A stretch of DNA of 64,000 bases from Sphyrna mokarran. Its lineage: Eukaryota. Below the pieces are notes generated by a model that did no database searches, was not told the origin of the DNA, and was given only the letters and a program-made list of their open reading frames with translations. Both the position numbers and the translations under genes were made by a program. Positions within the stretch are counted from its first letter, which is position 1, and each line of letters opens with the position of its first letter. The DNA lies in the NCBI GenBank assembly GCA_024679065.1, contig JAGIQG010000009.1:90024001-90088000 (forward strand), read 5' to 3'. Of the stretch, positions 13,116-24,682 are shown piece after piece.

Positions 13116-13997
13116 GTAGACACAGATGTACTTCTGAGCTCTATAAGACTCTGGTCAGGCCCCATTTAGAGTATTGTGAGCAGCAGTTTTGGACTCTGTA
13201 TCTGAGGAAGGATGTGCTGGCCTTGGAAAGTGTCCAGAAGAGGTTCACAAGGGTGATCCCTGGAATGAAGAGCTTGTCTTTTGAGGAATGGTTGAGGATT
13301 CTGGGTCTGGACTCATTGGAGTTTAGGATAATGATAATTGAAAATTAAAAGAATTGAAAGAAGATAATTGATGAGGTAAGGGTTGTGGATGCAGTTTATA
13401 TTACTTTAGTAAGACATTTTACAAGATCTCACATGACAGACTGTGCAAAACTAAAATCACATGCATTTGGCAAATCGAGTTCCTCCACAGAATTCTTTTT
13501 CTCTGCTGCCTTTGAGAGAGAGGAATGTTGGCAGTTCAACATGCTCTGTTTCAATCACTCTCCTCACTGCAGCATCAGAGAGACTTAACAGTTAGTATTT
13601 CTCTCCTAAAGCCCACTGTTCGCACATTCAACATCTGGAGCTGCCTCACAAAGGCCAGTGACTCATGTCTTGGCTATTACACTGATGCCCAGTCCTTCAG
13701 TCACTTGCTGGATGGACAAGGCCACACATCATCCTTGTCCCACTTCACCGACTGAATGATTATAGCTTTCTCACATTACTGCATCCTGAGCTCTCATCTC
13801 AGGCATTGTCACAAGCTCCATCCCAAGGCCTCACACGTAACCTAGTCTGCTGGGTTGATGGGAAATTGGGGCGAAGTACTTGTCAAAACACACCATAGCA
13901 CAAAACAAAGGTTAGGTGCTCTCTCCTTGGGCAGTGTGCCATTGCTAGCTGTTTAATATATTTGCTTGCACAGTACGTGAATAGTGTAGGCAAATCA

Positions 13998-16320
13998 ATA
14001 GGCCAACTAGAGGTGAGGCTACATTGGATTTGGTGCTGGGCAATGAGCCAGACCAGGTGTTAGGCTTGGAAGTTAGTGAACATTTTGGTGATAGTGACCA
14101 CAATTCGGTACGTTCACCTTAGTGATGGACAGGGATAGGCATGAAGCTGGGGGCAGTAGTTATAGCTGGGGGAAGGGTAATTATGAGGCCATCAGGAGAG
14201 AATTAGGGTGCATAGATTGGACTAGGAAACTACAGGGACTGGGAACATCTGGAATGTGGTGCTTATTCAAGGAGCAGCTGCTGCGAGTCCTTGATAAGTA
14301 TGTCCCTGTCAGGCAGGGAGGAAATGGTCGAGTAAGAGAGCCTTGGTGTACGAAAAAAGTTGATTTGCTGGTTAAGAAGAAAAAGGAGGCTTATGTCAGG
14401 ATGAGGCTTGAAGGCTCAGTTAGTGCAATGGATAGCTATAGATTAGCCAGGAAGGAGCTAAAAAGTGAATTGAGGAGAGCTAAGAGGGGACACGAGAAGA
14501 TGTTGGCTGATAGGATTAAGGAGAATCCTAAAGCTTTCTTTCGATATGTTAAGAATAGAAGATTGGTTAGGGCAAGATTAGGGCCAGTCATAGACAGCAG
14601 TGGGAAGTTGTGCGTGGAGCCTGAAGAGATTGGTGAGGCACTGAATAAATATTTCTCTTCGGTATTCACGCAGAGTGCTGGAAATGTAGCTATGGAGAAC
14701 ACTGAGGTACAGGGTTGCAAATTGGGAAGTATTGTAGTAGATAGGGAGGATGTGTTAGAAATTCTCGAGGGTTTGAAGTTGGATAAGTCCCCTGGGCCGG
14801 ACGGGATTTACCCTAGGATTCTCTGGGAGGCAAGAGAGGAGATTGCAGAGCCTCTGGCTCTGATCTTCAGGTCCTCGTTGGTTACGGGTGTGGTTCCGGA
14901 GGACTGGAGGATAGCGAATGTGGTCCCATTGTTTAAGAAGGGGAAGAGAGACCTTCCAGGGAATTATAGGCCAGTGAGTCTTACTTCTGTTGTGGGCAAG
15001 GTATTGGAGAGAATTATTAGGGATAGGATTTATAGTTATTTAGAGAGAAATGAATTGATTGGGGATAGTCAGCATGGTTTCGTGACCTTACTAACCTCAT
15101 TGAGTTTTTTGAGAAAGTGACCAAAGAGGTGGATGGGGGTAAGGCGGTTGATGTAGTATATATGGACTTTAGTAAGGCGTTTGATAAGGTGGCCCATGGA
15201 AGACTTCTACAGAAAATGCAGATGTGTGGAATAGAGGGTGATTTAGCTAATTGGATTAGGAATTGGCTGGCAGATAGAAGACAGAGGGTGGTGGTTGATG
15301 GGAGATATTCATCGTGGAGTTCGGTGACAAGTGGTGTGCCTCAGGGGTCTGTTTTGGGGCCCCTGCTGTTTGTAATTTTTATAAATGATCTGGATGAGGG
15401 TATTGAGGGATGGATCAGTAAATTTGCAGATGACACTAAAGTCGGTGGAGTGGTAGATAGTGAAGAGGGGTGTTATAGTTTACAGAGTGACTTGGACAAG
15501 TTGCAGAGCTGGGCCGAGAGGTGGCAAATGGAGTTTAATGTGGAAAAGTGTGAGGTAATGCACTTTGGCAGGAACAATAAATGTGTAGAGTATAGGGCTA
15601 ATGGTAGGGCTCTTAATAGTGTTGAGGAACAGAAGGATCTTGGTGTATGTGTCAATAGATCCCTGAAAGTAGGCAGTCAAGTGGATAAAGTTGTTAAAAA
15701 GGCATATGGAGTCTTAGCTTTTATTGGTAGGGGGATTGAATTTAGGAGCCGCAGCATCATGTTGCAACTGTACAAAACTCTAGTGCGGCCGCACTTGGAG
15801 TATTGTGTGCAGTTCTGGTCCCCACATTATAAGAAAGATGTGGAGGCATTGGAGAGGGTACAGAGGAGGTTTACCAGGATGTTGCCTGGTATGGAGGGCA
15901 GGTCCTATGAAGAGAGGTTGAAGGATTTGAGGTTGTTTTCGTTAGAAAGGAGGCGGCTAAGAGGGGATCTTATTGAAGCATATAAGATGATTAGAGGTTT
16001 AGATAGGGTGGACAGTGATAGCCTTTTTCCTAGGATGGAGAAAGCTAGCACGAGGGGACACAGCTTTAAATTAAGGGGTGATAGTTATAGGACGGATATC
16101 AGAGGTAGGTTCTTTACTCAAAGAGTGATTAGGGAGTGGAATGCCCTGCCTGCAGCTGTTGTAGATGCGCCAAGTTTGGTGGCGTTTAAGAGGTTAATTG
16201 ATAAGTATATGGAAGAGAAGGGAATGGTTTAGTTTGGAGGGGCATTGCTTTTTATTTTGGTCGGCACAACATCGAAGGCCGAAGGGCCTGTTCTGTGCTG
16301 TAATGTTCTATGTTCTATGT
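13998..16320 (+). mobile_element. CR1/HER1 LINE, young, ORF2 from the end of the endonuclease to the tail
   Basis: ORFs 14122-15120 and 15117-16232 (small deletion/frameshift near 15085) with complete RT (SKFADDTK) and (gttctat)n tail. Confidence 0.96.
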
Positions 16321-17310
16321 CTGTCAGCAATCTTGTAGGTTTTTCCCATTAAGCTTGCCCTTGTCAATAATCCACCTCTTGAGGCTGTCTGCATTCCCAG
16401 GTTTGAGTGGAACTGTCAATTGATGATGTTGCCCATCCACTCACCTCAGTGCGTTAGGCTTTCCTTCACTCTGTAAGGTCTTCCCAAGAAGCCTGTAGTC
16501 CAGCAGCAGAAAAGATTCTCAGTCATGATACTTTTCATATTTGACAATTTTCCCTGGATATCCTGGAGCCTTTCCATCATACCCTTGAGTAAAACTCTCC
16601 AGTGCTCTTCCACTTCTATCCTGGCCTTCCTTGAGTTAACATTGCTCAGCTCCAAGTCAAACCCCAGTCGTTCTGAGTCATACTTGGTACCTCTGAGTCA
16701 AGACTCGTCACCCTCATGTCAAAGTCCCATAGTCCTGAATCATATTTGGAACTGCCGTATCAAGGATAGTCGCTCCTGAATCAAACCCCATTTCTTCCAA
16801 ATCAAAAACCCGGTTCCCCAGTCAAGGATAGTCACACCTGATTCAATCCCAGGTACCCTTACGTAAGGATAGTCAGCCCCTGAATCAAAGCCAGTCAGGG
16901 CCTGGTCAAACCCTATTACACCTGAGTCGAGGCTAATCATCCCTGCAAGCTCTGGTTTCCCTTCTCCTCCCTGAATGTGCGGAGTGACTCCAGGACTGCC
17001 GTGCTCCATTCCCCTGATTGCCAGGTGCACACGTTTTGAAACCAGTCGTGATTCGCACCCCTCTATGGGTGGGTATTGTAATGGGGAGACAAGTACGATT
17101 CCAGCAATGTAGGGTAGGCCTGATAGTGAGATGCAAATATATTTGAACAAGGTTCCTGATGTCCCTGGTGGTTCAAAACTGAAGGGGAGGGGATGATTGT
17201 GGCAAACTTCACGCTTATATGAAATGTGACTCTGGCCTCCTTGCAATATTTTTAACTCCTGTCATCAAATCCATCCAGTTATAACAGGAACAAAAAATCC
17301 TGGCCAGTGT
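16321..17310. mobile_element. Decayed Harbinger-like remnant with a short degenerate minisatellite (16660-16960)
   Basis: Ends in a TIR-like aaaaaatcctggcc; internal repeated cctgagtcaaa/cctgaatcaaa units. Confidence 0.35.
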
Positions 17311-17344
17311 TTTATTATTCAGTAGATTTGGACACCACTAACTA

Positions 17345-18400
17345 GAAAAAAAGCAAAGTACAGCACAGGAACATGCCCTTCAGCCTCCAAACCCATACCG
17401 ATCATGATATCCCAATTAAACTGAAAAAAATACCTTATGCTCTTGGTCAGACCATATTCCTCTATTCCCTCCCTATTCATGGACTCATCCAGATGCCTCT
17501 TAAATGTTGCTAATATTTCTGCTTCCACCATCTCCTCCAGCAGTGCTTTCCAGGCACCCACCACTAGGTGTGTGCAAAACTTCCCCACACATCTCCCTTA
17601 AACTTTTTCCATTTCACATTGAGCCTGTGCCCTTTCTGAGAAAAAGCCTTTGATTTATCCACCCTATCTATGCCACTCATAAATTTCTATACCCCTATCA
17701 GATCTCCCCTCAGCCTTCGCCTTTCCTGTAAAACAATTCTAGTTTATTCAACCTCTCCTCATAGTCAACATCTTCGAGACCAGGCAACATCCTCGTGAAC
17801 CTTCTTTACACTCCCTCCAAAGTTTCCACTTTCTTCTGGTGTGTGGTGACCAGAATTGCAGGCAATACTTCAAATGCAGCCTGACCAAGGTTTTATATAG
17901 CTGCAACATGATTTCCCAACTCTTGTATTCAGTGCCCAGTCAATGAAGGCAAGCATGCTCTATGCCTTCTTAATCATCTTGGCCATTTATGTTGCCTCTT
18001 TTAAGCAACTGTGGACCTGAATGCCCAGATCTCTCTGTGTGCTAATGTTCCTAAGGATTCTGTAATTTACAGCATAGTTCACACTTAAATTTGATCCTCA
18101 AATGCATTGTATTTTCCAGATTAAACTCCATCTGCCATTTCTGTGCCCAATTCTCCAATTTATCTATATTCTGTTATATATTCTCATAATCCTTGGCACT
18201 ATCAGCAACTCCACCAATTTCTGTGTCATTTGCAAGCTTATTATTCAAATCACCCACATTTCCCTCCACATCATTTATATATTTTTACAAGCAACAGAGG
18301 TACCAGTACTGATCCCTACGGTACTCCACTGGATCTCCATTCTGAAAAAACAGTCTTTAACCACTACTATCTGTCGTCTATGACCAAGCCAGTTTCATCT
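17345..18400 (-). mobile_element. CR1 LINE, decayed 3' part
   Basis: ORF 17319-17588 (FKRHLDESMNREGIEEYG) and RT remnants. Confidence 0.82.
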
Positions 18401-18924
18401 AGCCAGTACACCCTGACTCCATGATGTTCCTGTACATGTCTGAGAAGCAGTCTCACTGCGTGGCCACATCTCCTACCTTCTGCAGGATTTGTGAATGGGT
18501 ATTTGGAGGCTATCCATTGCAAGTATCACTGAAAGTAATCATGACCAGTGCCAGTACTGCCTCCATGCTGGATTCATGTCCTTACTGGTGTACAGGTATA
18601 GAACATCACATTGCATCTTCAATGCATCCAGCAGTCTCCCTGAGGAGGTATCTGATAACTTGGATGTAACTTGTCATTGACCAAGGAAATATGGCTGATG
18701 TGTGCTGAATTGGCCTTTAAATGTGGCACGCTGAGCATTAAAGAGCTGAGCTGATGATGGGGCAGGTGAATCAGAGGCTGTCCATCAGTCAGATAGCTTG
18801 GAGCATGTCAGAAAGTTTTTGACCCTAAATACCACACAATATGGTGGGCAAAGCCACTATTGCTGTCAATGGGCTAAATATTGCTTTCCCACCAACCATT
18901 GGCCTTTGCTGATTTCCGAGGAAA

Positions 18925-19070
18925 TCACTAAGATAAAAAGCAAATTACTGCAGATGCTGGAATCTGAAACAAAAACAGAAAATGTTGGAAAATCTCAGCA
19001 GATCTGAATAGATCGGTGGAGAGAGAATAGAGCTAATGATTCAAGTCTGGATGACCTTTCATCAGAGCCT
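18925..19070 (-). mobile_element. Penelope-like terminal repeat remnant (second family)
   Basis: aaaagcaaattactgcagatgctggaatctgaaacaaaaacagaaaatg...gacctttcatcagag with a degenerate CTGATGA hammerhead core on the minus strand; related pieces at ~31010-31110, 51650-51780 and 60500-60630. Confidence 0.6.
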
Positions 19071-19321
19071 GTTTTAGTGTCCAAGATAACCTCATGCATT
19101 GTCATGTTACTGCTGTTATTAGTTGGATGTATCACTTAGAGACAAACCAACAAGCAGAATCTCATTGCTTTGGAATGCTGGAATTATATGTGATCTTGGG
19201 CTCATTTTGTTCTGGAAAGTTCCAGGGAACAAACACCTTGACATTTCCTGAACCACATCTGCTTAGAATTCCAGCTGAGGGATTGGTTAAACTGCAGAGG
19301 GCTCTGTCTCCAGTAGATGGT

Positions 19322-19571
19322 AAGAACTCAGTAAGAATTTAGCAACACCAATTATTAATCCAACCGATTTATTTGATAGTAAAATAGCGAGCTTTCAACA
19401 CTCCCGTGTCTTCATCAGGCAAGTGCAGTGTTCTTGCACTTGCCTGATGAAGACACGGGAGTGTTGAAAGCTCGCTATTTTACTATCAAATAAATCGGTT
19501 GGATTAATAATTGGTGTTGCTAAATTCTTACTGAGTTCTTACCACTCCAATCCAACGCCGGCATCTTTACA
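19322..19571. mobile_element. Miniature Penelope-derived fold-back element (two inverted pLTR arms), 13-bp TSD
   Basis: Perfect inverted repeat 19318-19427 / 19435-19544 with a 7-nt loop; arms homologous to the pLTR at 6370-6475; 3' extension ctccaatccaacgccggcatctttaca as at 6476-6503; TSD tccagtagatggt at 19309-19321 and 19572-19584. Confidence 0.9.
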
Positions 19572-20599
19572 TCCAGTAGATGGTGTCAGGGTCTTGCTAT
19601 CACACGGGATTAGAGGAATCTGTAACCTTACAGAACATTCTCTACCTGACAATGAGTGACTCACACTGAAGACTAGCTCCCCATTGGGTCTTAGTGCCTG
19701 ACTGACAGATAGATGTTGTTGTGTTTTGAGTTTCTGGTATCAGATCCTGTTACACAATGACATTTAGAATAATGAGTGTGTACAATATACCAAATATTGT
19801 TTGATCTACAGCTTGATCTGATATGATTGAGTGAGAATGCAGGTTTCTGGTGTCTGTTTCAGAATAGCAAGATTCAGAACCAGTCAGGTTTCAGACACTA
19901 AAACAAAGCTCACTGAGATATTTCTATAATCCAGTCTGGACTGAAACCCACTAACTCTTTTACAAGGGTGACATTTGCACTAATGTGAGGTAATCCTGCA
20001 CCTGGTGATTCAAAGGATTTTCATCCTTCAGTTGGGTAGCTGGAGTTGGGAAAATCCTCATCTCAGCCCACCTGACTTGAGAGAAGTGCCCGCAAAATCC
20101 AGATCTTCATTAGAGGGGCTGGGTATGGGTTGTTGTCAGACCCAGGAGGAAGTGAGAAGGCAGCCACAGGACCTGTCAGGTGAAGGGGAGGGCTGGTAGG
20201 CACATCTCACTAACATGGGATTTTGCCTCTATAATAAAAGCACAAAGGCCCTCCAGCCCTCACTCCTGACACCCCCTCACCCTGTAAACTCTCACTGTCC
20301 AGTCCATGTCCCCATCCCCTTCGATCCCACATGGCTTTTCATGCCCGCATGTCAAGCTTGGCCCTTCAGCTCAACCTACTTAATCCCTGATGCTCCCACC
20401 ATGACAGACTATGGCACTTTTATGCCCAGTGCCACACTGCATACTGCCTAGACCCAATGATTTCTCTGGGGGACTGTAAATCATAACTCTTTAAAAACCA
20501 GCTTGTCTCCATGCAAACTGCAGAACAGTAGGATCTACCTAATGTCACAGTGATTCTGAATAGGAGACAAGAACAGGTGCGGCTCCTTTATAGGAACAA

Positions 20600-21200
20600 T
20601 AGTGACTTTAAGGGGCATTTGTGACTTTTAAGAGGCATCTTAACAAATACATGGATAGGATGGGAATAGAAGGATACAGATCCAGAAGGATAATGCGTTT
20701 TAGTTCAAGTCAGGCAACACGGTAGGTGCAGGCTTGGAGAGCTGAAGGGCCTGTTCCTGACTGGAATTCTTTTTGTTCTTAAATGAGGGGGGGCTCTTAC
20801 TGAAACTTACAGAATACAGCGAGGCCTGGACAGAGTGGATGTGGAGGGATGTTTCTACTAATAGGGAAAACTAGAAACAGAGGACATAACCTCACGTTAA
20901 AGGGACAATCCTTTAAACCGATATAAGGTGGAATTTCTTCAACCGAAGAGAGGTGAATCTGTGGAACTCTTTGCTGCAGACGGCTGTGGAGGGGGGTCAT
21001 AGTGTGTCAGAGATAGAGATAAGACAGAGATAGATGGGTTCTTGATTAATAAGGGGATCGGGGTTATGGGGAACAGGCAGGAGAATGAGGATGAGAAAAA
21101 TATCAGCCATTGAATGGTGAGGCAGACTGAATGGGCCGAGTGTTAAGGTTACCAGTTCTGTGCACAATACTCCAGGTGAGGCCTGTACAACTGAAATATA
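20600..21200 (+). mobile_element. Two adjacent CR1 3'-end fragments plus a short reverse fragment
   Basis: CR1 3' coding/UTR motifs (tttaagaggcatcttaacaaatacatgga...gaagggcctgttcctg; gtgaatctgtggaactct...gggttatgggga). Confidence 0.7.
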
Positions 21201-21512
21201 ACGTGACCAAAGTATTTTATGAAATTCTTATAATTTCTGCATATAATTTTTCTCCTTGAATGGTGGATTTTGAATAAATAGAGTTATTAAATGGTTTATA
21301 GGCAATAGGGTTTGATCTCTGGGGTCACCGCACTGAACATGATAAAATTCTCCCCCCTTTCCCCACTGGGCTCAGGATGTTATTTAACTATCGGGAGGTG
21401 AATCCATGGGGAGGAGCCGCGGGACTGAATCCAGTCCCGGTTTCCCCGGGGCTGCTCTCACTCTCACCCGCCCGGGGCCCGGGGCCCGGGGAGGGTGAAC
21501 CCGGTCACTCAC

Positions 21513-21761
21513 CTCTCGGTTCCGCGGTTCCGTTCCAGCGGTTCTTCAAAACATTTAAATTGTTTTTCGCGGTGGCGATTTCGGCTGAGATTCCCTCCTC
21601 TCCTCCCTGTATTCTGATGTGCTGGAACTCGGGAATCCGCGCCACCTCTTTCTTCAGTTTAAAATCCATGTAATAAACCTCATCCCAGTCATCCTCCACA
21701 TCCCACTGTTTATCCGGAAAACTGTCCTGAACAAACAGGACCAGGCGATGCCGGTGAACAT
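21513..21761 (-). CDS. mhc2a: MHC class II alpha chain, exon 2 (alpha-1 peptide-binding domain)
   Basis: Acceptor ctctctctcacacag|AT and donor AG|gtgagt; 249 nt, phase 1-1, no stops. Translates (Y)VHRHRLVLFVQDSFPDKQWDVEDDWDEVYYMDFKLKKEVARIPEFQHIRIQGGEEGISAEIATAKNNLNVLKNRWNGTAEPR, with the class II alpha-1 motifs DE-x-Y-Y-M-D, KKE-V-A-R-I-P-E-F, KNNL and the N-G-T sequon. Confidence 0.95.
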
Positions 21762-22185
21762 CTGTGTGAGAGAGAGGGTTAAAATTAACAATATCTCACC
21801 CAGAGAAACTTAAACATCATTAAACCCGAATAAACCGACTGAAACAATCATCCCAGAGCTGGAACACAAACCAGATTAAATTTATATTAATGAGCACATT
21901 TCCTCCTTTCATTAATAAAGAACAACACAGGAAACAGGCCCTTCGGCCCAACAAGCCCCCGCCACCATTTTAACAGAGAGTGTCCTCCTCTACCTTTGTC
22001 TACATCTATTGGGGAAATCAATGAGCTCTACTCAAGTCACCAAGTTTGAACTTTTTACAGCTTCCATGGCCAATTGGTTATGCTTCAGTCAGGGATGAGA
22101 AATGACCTCTGACCAAATTCCTGTCTGGATTTTTCACTTGGAGTTGGTATGAACATCATCAGCAAATGAACGATCCAAAGTCAGG

Positions 22186-22302
22186 ATGGGTGGCACAGTG
22201 GTTAGCACTACAGCCTCACAGTCCAGGGACCTGGGTTCAACTCCCATCCTGGGTCACTGCATGTGTGCAGTTTGCATGTTCTCCCTCTGTTTGCATGGGT
22301 TT
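22186..22302 (+). mobile_element. HE1/V-type SINE, 5' portion
   Basis: tRNA head ggtggcacagtggttagcact...gggttcaactccc and V-domain start tgtgtgcagtttgcatgttctccc. Confidence 0.8.
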
Positions 22303-22305
22303 AAT

Positions 22306-22996
22306 GGGGAGAAAATGAGAGGGTTAATGTCTGTTTTTTGGGTGAGCTGAGTTTCATGAATTTATGGCACGCTGCAATGCAGAGGCCACCAGGTGATTTA
22401 CACCAGTGGTGGAAGTGGCAGAGCCAAAATCCATTGGAGAGGCTGACCTGCTCAGAGGGCCAGATACTACATGCATCCACCTCCCTAACACGCCCACTCC
22501 TGATTGCCAGCTCCCTGACTGCCTCTGATCTCCCATGACCAGCCCTGACCAATGAACAGCCCCATCACTAACCCCCCCACCCCCTCAATGCAGGGTTCCC
22601 TCTTCCATCTGCTCTTATCTCCACCTCTCACCTGGCTCCGTCCCTGTCTGGCCCTGCTCCTGTGAGGCCTGCCCCTTCAGGAACACCCCCAATCCTCCCA
22701 CTCTCCAGATACTGTCCAGGCAAGGGTGCCAGGTTGGTAGTGCCAGGATTCCTGCCAGGCATTGCTAGGGTGTCAGACTGGCAAAGCCAGGTTGGCAGTG
22801 CCCAAGGAGTGTGATAGGGGAAGTGGAAGCATTTATATATGGCCCCCTGAGAATCCCGGCTCTCCAATGGATTTAGGCTCCACCACTCCCACCACTGGTG
22901 TGATTCGCCTGATGGCTTCTGCATTGCAGAGTCCTGTAAATTCATGAAACTCAGCTCACCCAAAAAACATTTACGAAAACCTCTCGTTTTCTGCCC
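22306..22996. mobile_element. MITE (Harbinger-type non-autonomous element) with long imperfect TIRs
   Basis: Arms 22306-22445 and 22855-22996 are inverted (e.g. tttttgggtgagctgagtttcatgaattta / taaattcatgaaactcagctcacccaaaaa); GGG...CCC termini; flanks aat/att. Confidence 0.8.
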
Positions 22997-24479
22997 ATTA
23001 GATGCTTTGATTTTTTTTGTGAAAATCTCCTTCCCCACTACGTAGGATTTGCCTGTGCAAGCACATCACACAACAGATCAAACCAGCTTTCATTAGCCAA
23101 ATCTTCAATGACGTGTGCGGTCTCTCCCTGCAAAGATATATACACTCGATCCGCCATGGCCATTTCTGGGTCTACAGTTGCCTTTCTTGTCACACACATG
23201 TCCATGTGTTACAAGGCACTGGTGCTTTAAAGCAGTTTAACAACATTCCCAATGTCAAACACTACCTCAGGGCACTCACCATTGTTCAAGATGGTTTATT
23301 CATTGTGTGCAGAATGAGGGAATGCATTATCATTCCATGTACTGTTCTGCAAAGCCTTATTGTGACTCTCCACCTAGACCTGACTCTCCCCATCATGTGA
23401 TCTGCTCTGATTGATCACCCATCAATGTTCCTATCTGCCTGATATTGTGCCTTCCACTGAATGGGTTATGGATAGCTGCATATTCACGCTGGTCTCCAGA
23501 CCATACCATATACCTCAGTCTCAGACATTCCAGAGGTGTTTGGAATCTTACCTGCTGCTGAAGAAATGGCTCCTTTTGGTTGTATGAGAGTCAACATTGT
23601 CAATGAACAACACAACCTGGGAGGGATGACCTCCTCTATCTGTGCACTAGGTTTCATCCAATGGGTGGTTTCTGAGCTGAGGAGACAAGGTGCTTCAGGA
23701 ACACCACATTGCGATCGAGTTTGGGAGATCAGAGAACCCCAGTTACAACCCAATAGCATAGATGGCAGTATGGGAACTGGAAAACGAGCCAAGAATGGAA
23801 GTCCTATCACACCTTTGGCTCTGCCTTCCTTCACTGCTCAGCTCAAATCCCCCTACCTCCATTCCCAAGACCTTTCCGCGAGAGAATTATGGAGAGAATG
23901 AATCCAGTTCATCAATCCACAGATTTCCATATCCAATGACAGGGTTAGTGAGACTTAGCATCAGCTCACCCACATCAGAAATCCAAAGCCTGTTCTAGGA
24001 GTGCACCCAGCACTCATCTTAGTTAATGTTAACTATTTGGTCTACCTTCATACTGATTATGACAAGTCACAGGCCCATCGATGCTAGTTGGTTACCTCTG
24101 TCGATGATGGCTGGGTTAATATGCATAAGTTTATCAGTTCCTAGCTAAATAGCACAACTTATCAAGTGAAGAGATCTGAATGCTCTCTGCATCCTGCACT
24201 GCTCTGTGATTGGCGCCACATCTGACTATATCAGCCACAGTGAAAGCTCCCATCCTTCAGACTTGTCCTACGAATGTCTAACATATTGGCTAAGTTGTCT
24301 ACACCTTCCATAACTCCAGTGCTGTCACTGATAGGATCAATTATGTAAGCTTCATAGCCTACAATAGATCCCTAGATTGGACCCAGTTGCTGAGTTCTGG
24401 TACCTGAACTGGTCAATACAGAGATACTGATATCTGGTCTGGTTTTTATCATTTTAATTCCTAAATACAGGCCTCAATC

Positions 24480-24682
24480 TAATAGAATCATACAATTCCT
24501 AAAGTGTAGAAGGAGACCATTCAACCTGTCAAGACTGCACCAACAATAATCCCACCCAGGCCCTATTCCCGTAACTGCACATATTTACCCAGCTAATCCC
24601 CCAGCAGCAGGGTCAATTTAACATGGCCAATCAACCTAACTCACACATCTTTAGACAGTGGGAGAAAACCAGAGCATCCAGA
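24480..24682 (-). mobile_element. HE1/V-type SINE 3' part
   Basis: aatttaacatggccaatcaacctaactcacacatctttagacagtgggagaaaaccagagca, reverse complement of the V domain and tail. Confidence 0.75.

Larger units (their letters stand above)
9976..13340 (+). mobile_element. Old CR1 LINE interrupted by two HER1 insertions and an LTR-like insertion
   Basis: Collinear RT pieces at 9976-10367, 10848-11233 (AKFADDTKI...WQMEYN), 12401-12503 and 13116-13340. Confidence 0.8.

Noticed and set aside
16660-16960. CRISPR-like or AP-1 enhancer array of tgagtca/tgaatca units
   Set aside because: Units are short, degenerate and irregularly spaced within a transposon remnant in eukaryotic DNA; no evidence of function.
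21513-21761. Assignment to MHC class I, class II beta, DM or W-category
   Set aside because: No beta-1 cysteines or class I motifs; the sequence follows the ordinary shark class II alpha-1 pattern. Finer classification needs the missing alpha-2 exon.
21377-21813. Plus-strand ORFs 21377-21673 and 21619-21813
   Set aside because: Antisense shadows of MHC exon 2. The minus-strand ORF start at 21699 is also not real, since the exon begins at the 21761 acceptor.
22186-22260. tRNA genes at A/B-box motifs (also 9070-9135, 30660-30735, 37380-37450)
   Set aside because: No cloverleaf, and each continues into a SINE body.
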